From positions 7,026 to 71,025 of the forward strand of contig QIDH01000049.1 in the NCBI GenBank assembly GCA_003229305.1: a DNA stretch of 64,000 nt, in the 5' to 3' direction. The position numbers and the translations under genes were made by a program. Below are positions 59,403 to 64,000 of the stretch, piece by piece; position 1 is the stretch's first letter; every line of letters begins with the position of its first letter. Under the pieces are notes generated by a model that saw only the letters and a list, made by a program, of their open reading frames with translations, made no database searches and was not told the DNA's origin. This DNA comes from Acidimicrobiia bacterium (GTDB lineage Bacteria > Actinomycetota > Acidimicrobiia > Spongiisociales > Spongiisociaceae).

Positions 59403-60043
59403 CGCCTCGACTCCTCGGTCAGCAACGATTCGGCCATCGCCAAATCGGCGGCGAATGTCACTTTGATGTTGCTGGGTTCGCCATCGATCACCGTCACGCT
59501 TCCACCGATCGCCTCCACCATGGCCGCGTCGTCAGTCACATCCGAAGTTATCTGCAAATGGGCGGTCCGCAGCATTTTGCCCCTGAATGCCTGCGGCGTC
59601 TGAACTGCGACGAGCTCGCTGCGGTCGATCGTTTCTTCGATTCTGTGACCATGAACCCTCTTGATCGTATCTCTGAGGGGTACCGCGGGAACTGCCCCGT
59701 CCACATTATCTGCGGCGACCGCTTCGAGCAGACGACGAACCAGGCCAGCAGACGCGAGTGGCCTCGCCGCGTCGTGAACCAGGATGATTTCGGCCGAATC
59801 CGGTATCGCAGCCAACCCGGCCGCCACAGAATCCTGACGGCGCACACCCCCTTGGATTCCGCCAGGCACGTCTCCTACAACAACAACGCCGTCGAGCCCG
59901 ACGTCAGTGAACAGCCGGTCGGCCCATCGCCAGAGCGATATCCCCCCGAGGGTCGCCATGTGTTTGTCGCCGCCGAAGCGCGTGCCGCTACCCGCTGCAA
60001 CCACGATGCCCCAGGCGCTCAAGGATCGATCTGCAATTTCCAT
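59399..60043 (-). CDS. ispD: 2-C-methyl-D-erythritol 4-phosphate cytidylyltransferase
   Basis: ATG 60043 gives MEIADRSLSAWGIVVAAGSGTRFGG. 4-nt overlap with ispF. Confidence 0.9.
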   Translation of the reverse strand: MEIADRSLSAWGIVVAAGSGTRFGGDKHMATLGGISLWRWADRLFTDVGLDGVVVVGDVPGGIQGGVRRQDSVAAGLAAIPDSAEIILVHDAARPLASAGLVRRLLEAVAADNVDGAVPAVPLRDTIKRVHGHRIEETIDRSELVAVQTPQAFRGKMLRTAHLQITSDVTDDAAMVEAIGGSVTVIDGEPSNIKVTFAADLAMAESLLTEESRR

Positions 60044-60053
60044 CGGGTGATTG

Positions 60054-61115
60054 TCACACAGGAAGGCGGGCGAAGAGCATTCGGCCAACGGATGTTCGGG
60101 TCGTGGAGGTGATTTCAATTTCGAGTTCTTCGCCGAGGCTGGCGGCGGCGCCTTCGATCACAACCATCGTGCCGTCGTCCAGATACCCGACCCCTTGGCC
60201 AGGCTCTGACCCCTTCCGGCTGACCGGCACCCGCATGAGCTGGCCCACTTCGACCGTTGCCTTGACAGCTTCGGCCACCACGTTGGGATTGAGGATGAGC
60301 ACACCTCGCAGTTCTGCGGCCTTGGCGAGGTTGTGGTCGGTGGTTACCAGCCGGCTGGAGGAGCGTTCGCAAAGGGCGATCAGTTTGGCATCCACCTCGG
60401 CCATTTCCGGAACCGTATCTTCCAGTACCGAGACGTCGACCAGCGGTTCATCTTGGAGCGCCGCTATGACGTCGAGACCGCGCCGTCCCCGCCTGCGAGT
60501 GGTTTGGTTTCCCGAATCCGCCAGGCCCTGCAATTCGTCGAGTACGACGCCTGGAATCCAGGTCTGACCTTCGACGAGTCCAGAGCGCACCAGATCGAGG
60601 ATCCGGCCATCGATCGCGGCCGAGGAATCGAGCAGATACGACCGGTCCGATCCGCCAAGGCTGCGGCTGACAAGTGGACTTCGTGGTTTCAACCCGACTG
60701 CGCCGATGAGATCGTCTGCTCGATAGGCGAAAAGTCTGGCTCCGACCGCGGCGAGGATGAACACAACCAGTCCTGCCAAAGGCAGCCCAACGACGGCCGG
60801 TAGCAACAGGACGGCTGGTAGGGCCAGAACCGCACCAACCACTATTCCAAAAATGACTCCGAACGCCCCGGTGAACAACTCGGCGCCTGACAAGTCTGGT
60901 GCCACACTGCGGGGAGCCTTTTCGAGCCCAACCCGCAGTTGGCGTCCGACGATGCCACCGAGCACATAACCGACTCCCGCGCCTATGACGGCGCCAACCA
61001 CTCCAGCAGACTCCGCTTGCTCCGGCAATGCACCGGAGAGAACGCTAGGGGCAAGGCGAAAACCAATCGCGGTGAAGATGAGCGTGATCAGCAACCGGAC
61101 TGATTCAACGACCAC
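60054..61115 (-). CDS. PIN/TRAM-domain membrane protein (YacL-like)
   Basis: 4 N-terminal TM helices, a PIN-like YLLDSSAAIDGRI, and a C-terminal TRAM-like domain. Conserved position between carD and ispD. Confidence 0.8.
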   Translation of the reverse strand: MVVESVRLLITLIFTAIGFRLAPSVLSGALPEQAESAGVVGAVIGAGVGYVLGGIVGRQLRVGLEKAPRSVAPDLSGAELFTGAFGVIFGIVVGAVLALPAVLLLPAVVGLPLAGLVVFILAAVGARLFAYRADDLIGAVGLKPRSPLVSRSLGGSDRSYLLDSSAAIDGRILDLVRSGLVEGQTWIPGVVLDELQGLADSGNQTTRRRGRRGLDVIAALQDEPLVDVSVLEDTVPEMAEVDAKLIALCERSSSRLVTTDHNLAKAAELRGVLILNPNVVAEAVKATVEVGQLMRVPVSRKGSEPGQGVGYLDDGTMVVIEGAAASLGEELEIEITSTTRTSVGRMLFARLPV

Positions 61116-61132
61116 ATCTACCCCTTCTTTGG

Positions 61133-61645
61133 CTATTCCTCTTCAGGGGCCTTCGGTAGTGCGCGCTCGAGACGTTTGGTGGCTTCTTCCTCGTTGACCT
61201 GGAGCGCAAACCCGAGCTCGCTGATCAAGGTGATCCGAGCTCGAGACAACATTCGTTTCAACGCAGGCGAGATGCCTTTCGTCTGCTGGGCAAAGGTAAG
61301 GTCGCGCACAACCTCGGCCACCTGATATATGTCGCCAGAGGTCATCTTCTCATTGAGGACTTTGTACCACCGGGACCAGTTGTTGCCCGCCTCTGAGGGT
61401 TCGTCCTTGAACAGGGCAAACACTTTGCGAGCCGCAGTCTTGGAGATAACAGGCCGGATCGCTTCGGTGATCGTATCGACAGGGACGAACACGGTCAGCT
61501 GATCGGTTGCGATCTCGAGCTGAAAATAGTCCCGCTTTTCACCCGCGATCTCTTGTTTCACCTTCTTCTTGATAATCGCGGCGCCATGATGCGGGTGGAC
61601 GACCTTGTCCCCGACGGCAAATGGCAATTTCTTGGCTGGACTCAT
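61133..61645 (-). CDS. carD: CarD-family RNA polymerase-binding transcription regulator
   Basis: FAVGDKVVHPHHGAAIIKKKVKQEIAGEKRDYFQLE is the CarD/CdnL/TRCF RID domain. Confidence 0.92.
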   Translation of the reverse strand: MSPAKKLPFAVGDKVVHPHHGAAIIKKKVKQEIAGEKRDYFQLEIATDQLTVFVPVDTITEAIRPVISKTAARKVFALFKDEPSEAGNNWSRWYKVLNEKMTSGDIYQVAEVVRDLTFAQQTKGISPALKRMLSRARITLISELGFALQVNEEEATKRLERALPKAPEEE

Positions 61646-61720
61646 GATTGACCTGATTCTGGTCGCGGCTGTGCCCTAAAAAAGGGGCCGAAGAGACCTC
61701 AGCTTACCTGCTCCAGCAGG

Positions 61721-61752
61721 AGCCACAGCCACAGCCACAGCCACAGCTACAG
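61721..61752. repeat. Hexanucleotide microsatellite (AGCCAC)4-AGCTAC-AG upstream of carD
   Basis: Read directly at 61721..61752. A shorter related block, AGCTACAGCCACAGCCG, lies at 61866..61882 in the same orientation. Confidence 0.85.
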
Positions 61753-62099
61753 ACGATTGTGCCCTTGTACACAGTGCGCAACGCCCGAGAGTTGCGAAGC
61801 AACTCTGTTAGGGCTTCGGCCGCCATGCCGAAACCGGCACTCTGTCAGCGAGCGAAGCGAACGGCAGCTACAGCCACAGCCGATCGTGTTCGTCGGCGTG
61901 GTGCACAATTCGACATCGCGCGCGACATGCCCCAACCATCTCCTCCCCCGCCGCCGAAGGAGGCCTCTGGGGGAGGTGGCTCGGACAACTCCGTTGGTCG
62001 AGACGGAGAGGGACGCACCCACCAAGAGAACGTGACCCAAGCCCGAACGAACCAGCCAGGGTTCGGCGAGGTCGGCCGAGTCGAGGCGTTGGGCGCGTT

Positions 62100-63161
62100 C
62101 TAGAGGCCATCCAGGTTCGAAAGGGCCGATCTCTCACGCTGGAGGTCGAAATAGTGTCGCAGCTCGAGCGCTCTCGCTCCACCGACACCCGCGACCTCGT
62201 CCAGCTCGGCGACCGTCGCTACAACCATCTTCTGAATGTCCTTGAAATGTTTGACCAGGGCCGCCTGCACCGTAGCCGGCAGGCGGGGGACGTTACTGAG
62301 CATGCGGTAGCCGAATGGTCTGGCAGTCGAATCCGGATGTTCGAAACCCAACGCCGTTGCTACTTTTTCCGGCGAATACAGTTCGTCTCGGTCGATTGCT
62401 TCGAGATTGGAGATGGCGGCGGGCACCTTGCGCACCCCCTTTACATAGTCCCTCACTACCAGGTCGCGGAGAGTGTCTGCACCTTGTACGAGGTCGGTGT
62501 GCTGCAGGCTGACCATTCCGCCTTCCTGACCGAGGCCAAGCGAATCCTCGGCGACCTGGTCGCCGATGCGCCTGACCAGTTCAGCCCTTTGCACCAAAGA
62601 AACCACTCCACGAACGGTCACCAGATCGGCGACCTCGAGGCGGGTGAGCGTCTGTTCCGCCTCGTCTAGGCGGTGTCTGAAACGCTCGAGAGTCTGGAGC
62701 TGCTGATTGATCTTGGCCGTCAGCTCCCTTGGACTCTCCAGCTCACGCTTCAGATCACCCATGAACAGGGTCACAACGTGGCGTTCCTCGGAAACAGCCA
62801 CGACCGGTTTGCCCGTCTGGCGAGCCACTCGTTCCGCCGTCCGGTAGCGGGCGCCCGTCTCAGACGTCGGAACGTCTGCATCAGGCAGAAGGTGGGTATT
62901 CGCCCTGAGGATGTGCGTGCACGCATTGTCCAGCACGATCGCCCCATCCATCTTGGCGAGTTCGGCCAATTTGGCGGCAGTGAACACCGCGTCCTTCAAC
63001 TTGAAGCCACCGGTCGAGATGGATTCGACGGAACTGTCGGTCCCGAGGACGACAAGGGCCCCGTTGCCATGCTGGACGATCCGCTGCATGGCGCTGCGCA
63101 ATGCATTGCCAGGAGCTAGCCGCTCGATTACTTCCAGAAATTCGGGCGAGGTTTGACTCAT
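62100..63161 (-). CDS. disA: DNA integrity scanning protein DisA (diadenylate cyclase)
   Basis: DAC domain (GALVVLG...DGAIVLD...RYRTAERVARQTG) and a C-terminal HhH (LDEVAGVGGARALEL). Adjacent to radA. Confidence 0.92.
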   Translation of the reverse strand: MSQTSPEFLEVIERLAPGNALRSAMQRIVQHGNGALVVLGTDSSVESISTGGFKLKDAVFTAAKLAELAKMDGAIVLDNACTHILRANTHLLPDADVPTSETGARYRTAERVARQTGKPVVAVSEERHVVTLFMGDLKRELESPRELTAKINQQLQTLERFRHRLDEAEQTLTRLEVADLVTVRGVVSLVQRAELVRRIGDQVAEDSLGLGQEGGMVSLQHTDLVQGADTLRDLVVRDYVKGVRKVPAAISNLEAIDRDELYSPEKVATALGFEHPDSTARPFGYRMLSNVPRLPATVQAALVKHFKDIQKMVVATVAELDEVAGVGGARALELRHYFDLQRERSALSNLDGL

Positions 63162-63227
63162 TTCGAAAGCGGAGGCTACTACACCGACAGGTCCTGGGCC
63201 GACTAGAAGATCAACTTGGCTGGACGA

Positions 63228-64000
63228 TCAGTCAGGAATAAGCCCGGCGGACGTCAACGCATCGATGAGCAGGCCAGGGCTTGCGTCGCCGTTGGTGGCG
63301 ATCACCCGATCGATGCCGAGACGTTGAGCTTCTTCGAGGCGTCGTTTACTCATCGGTACACTTCGGAGCTCTCCGGTCAATCCGACCTCTCCCCAGGCCG
63401 CCAGCGGCCCGAGAGGCGTCGAAACCGCCGAGGAGACCACGGCCAGGGCCACCGCCAGGTCGGCGGCGGGTTCGACCACCCTCATACCACCCACAACGTT
63501 GACGTAGACCTCGAGACCGGCAACACCGAGGTCGGTGTGGCGATCCAGCACGGCCAGCAGTTGGTGAACCCTGGGTGGCTCAACTCCGCGAAACGACCGG
63601 CGCGGATGGGGAAGCGTGGTAGGCGCCACCAGGGCTTGGACTTCAACAAGCACCGGACGACGACCCTCCACCGTTGGAAAGACGACCGTCCCAGGCACAG
63701 ACCCCCTCCAACCATCGATCAGAGCTGCCGAGGGATCCGCCACTTCGGCCAAACCTTCTTGGCGCATCTCGAACAATCCGGCAACGTGGGTAGGACCGAA
63801 ACGATTCTTCATGCTCCGCAGCGTCCTGAGCCCGTGATCAGGATCACCTTCGAGCGACAGAACCACATCCACCATATGTTCAAGAAGCTTTGGCCCGGCG
63901 ATACCTCCCTCTTTGGTGACGTGCCCGACTAGGACAACCGCCACCCCGGTATTCTTGGCAAACCGAATCGCACGCGCCGCGGCCTCTCGCACCTGCGATA
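63228..64000 (-). CDS. radA: DNA repair protein RadA (partial, 5' end beyond window end)
   Basis: VLVGHVTKEGGIAGPKLLEHMVDVVL, LRSMKNRFG and the Lon-like C-terminus GEVGLTGELR. The frame stays open to position 64000. Confidence 0.92.
   Translation of the reverse strand, partial: SQVREAAARAIRFAKNTGVAVVLVGHVTKEGGIAGPKLLEHMVDVVLSLEGDPDHGLRTLRSMKNRFGPTHVAGLFEMRQEGLAEVADPSAALIDGWRGSVPGTVVFPTVEGRRPVLVEVQALVAPTTLPHPRRSFRGVEPPRVHQLLAVLDRHTDLGVAGLEVYVNVVGGMRVVEPAADLAVALAVVSSAVSTPLGPLAAWGEVGLTGELRSVPMSKRRLEEAQRLGIDRVIATNGDASPGLLIDALTSAGLIPD

Noticed and set aside
61757-62103. ORFs 61757..62035, 61759..62103 (+) and 61747..62040, 61868..62188 (-) in the disA-carD spacer
   Set aside because: They mutually overlap in several frames and are Arg/Pro/Ser-rich. 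They are driven by the repeat and hairpin sequences and have no SD or motif. The region is treated as non-coding.

Overview
High-GC (about 60-65 %) chromosomal core region of an Actinomycetota genome. The actinobacterial synteny radA-disA-carD-ispD-ispF-cysS-rlmB, mshA, a GuaB1-type IMPDH paralog and an LppM-like lipoprotein support this; it may be Acidimicrobiia-like, which I cannot verify. Nearly every gene lies on the minus strand. Content in order: (1) A 14-subunit NADH dehydrogenase I operon, nuoA to nuoM (nuoM runs off the window start). It is interrupted between nuoD and nuoE by a roughly 500-bp composite tandem-repeat element. Upstream sit a geranylgeranyl-reductase gene and a divergent rex. 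(2) An atypical respiratory locus at 15.9-25.6 kb. A minus-strand operon encodes a Rieske / split cytochrome b6 + subunit IV / dihaem cytochrome c complex, plus a 2[4Fe-4S] ferredoxin and unknown membrane proteins. Transcribed divergently from it is a cbb3-oxidase-like three-gene module whose CcoN-like 'catalytic' subunit has lost every haem/Cu histidine ligand. (3) A mixed housekeeping and accessory stretch: SAM hydroxide adenosyltransferase, a Clp1-type P-loop kinase, mshA, asparaginase II, an RsiG-like protein with two c-di-GMP-binding signatures, an M23 peptidase, a MoaD-GG-membrane-domain fusion, GuaB1, a HisA-like/VOC fusion, an HtrA-like protease, WS/DGAT, a CvpA-CAP fusion and others. 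(4) The conserved cysS-ispF-ispD-PIN/TRAM-carD-disA-radA block. Two tRNAs are present, Arg-CCU and Thr-UGU. I found no CRISPR array, integrase, transposase or prophage. All homology calls come from motifs I recognise in the supplied translations; no database search was possible. Many long plus-strand ORFs in the track are antisense shadows typical of GC-rich DNA. The ORF track also takes the longest possible start, so several starts were trimmed using ATGA/GTGA overlaps, Shine-Dalgarno sequences and family N-termini.
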